Assembly (NCBI GenBank): GCA_015680685.1 | Contig: MNCI01002485.1 | Coordinates: 398,125-462,124, forward strand | Direction of reading: 5' to 3' | Source: Gnetum montanum | Taxonomy: Eukaryota; Plantae; Gnetophyta | DNA length: 64,000 nucleotides | In this document: one piece after another, positions 63,616-64,000 of the stretch | How the letters are laid out: every line of letters starts with the position of its first letter | How positions within the stretch are numbered: position 1 is the first letter of the stretch | The notes under the pieces: model-generated | The model's input: only the letters and a program-made list of their open reading frames with translations | The model's database searches: none | Told to the model about the DNA's origin: nothing | Made by a program: the position numbers and the translations under genes

Positions 63616-64000
63616 TGTAGCAACCAAAAACATCGGTGGTTAGAACACTGAGAGGTTTCTAGGCAAATAGTTTAACCCCAGATCCATGCAAGGGTTGTGC
63701 TGGATAAAATGGAAGTAGGGCACCCTGAATGATCTAGACGATCAGACAAGGACTTAATCGATGTAACTTAACCTTACGTGAACGTTATTTTAAATGTGAA
63801 ATATGCAAGGTAAAACTGATAATTAGTAAATGCAAGAATAAAGAAAATAATTCCAAACAGTGATAACAATGAAGAGATAACAGAATAAACTAGGGTAAGA
63901 AAATGCACTGTCGCAAAGTCGTGAGTTCGATTCTTTGCCTTGTTTGAAAATGTATAACAAGTTATACAATGCTGAAGGTACACAGAGAGTTCAAGAATAA
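63616..64000 (-). repeat. 3' end of an LTR related to element E (diverged subfamily), running off the window
   Basis: The reverse complement aligns with ~28215-28600 (TTGTTATACATTTTCAA.CA...GACTTTGCGA..GTGCATTTTCT...ATCCAGCAC...GGGTTAAA...CTACA). No PBS follows, so it is a 3' or solo LTR. Confidence 0.85.

Noticed and set aside
1-64000. Intact host protein-coding, rRNA or tRNA genes
   Set aside because: None recognised. The tRNA-complementary stretches are 12-18 nt primer-binding sites only.

Overview
This is plant repetitive DNA with heavy C>T/G>A decay (TAG/TGA stops, CpG loss), plausibly from a large, methylated gymnosperm-type genome (inference). I found no intact host gene. The window resolves into nested, decayed LTR retrotransposons, delimited by LTR ends, primer-binding sites (PBS), polypurine tracts (PPT) and target-site duplications (TSD). 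A minus-strand Tekay chromovirus G (8754-~60987) carries two insertions in its 5' LTR: a plus-strand chromovirus F (16603-49524) and an Athila C (50846-60691). F in turn carries a Tat-clade element E (16796-28600, perfect CAAGT TSD) and an Athila B (30132-43434). Fragments of another Athila, a Copia, two more chromoviruses and another Tat-family LTR lie on the flanks. The main discovery is in Tat element E, which has no recognisable gag or protease. Where they should be, it carries a six-exon antisense gene with its own TATA box (20671->~18848, about 399 codons, no frameshifts, 8 deamination-type stops). The product has a Cys-rich N-terminus and an apparently catalytically dead FCP1/NIF-type HAD phosphatase domain. 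The stand-alone RT-RH-aRH-INT ORF is bracketed by two related arrays of a ~24-bp repeat, and a GCTACGC/GCGTAGC motif fills the LTRs, introns and promoter. Chromovirus F independently carries a spliced antisense gene between its PBS and gag. All protein-family calls are from manual translation and motif recognition, not database searches.
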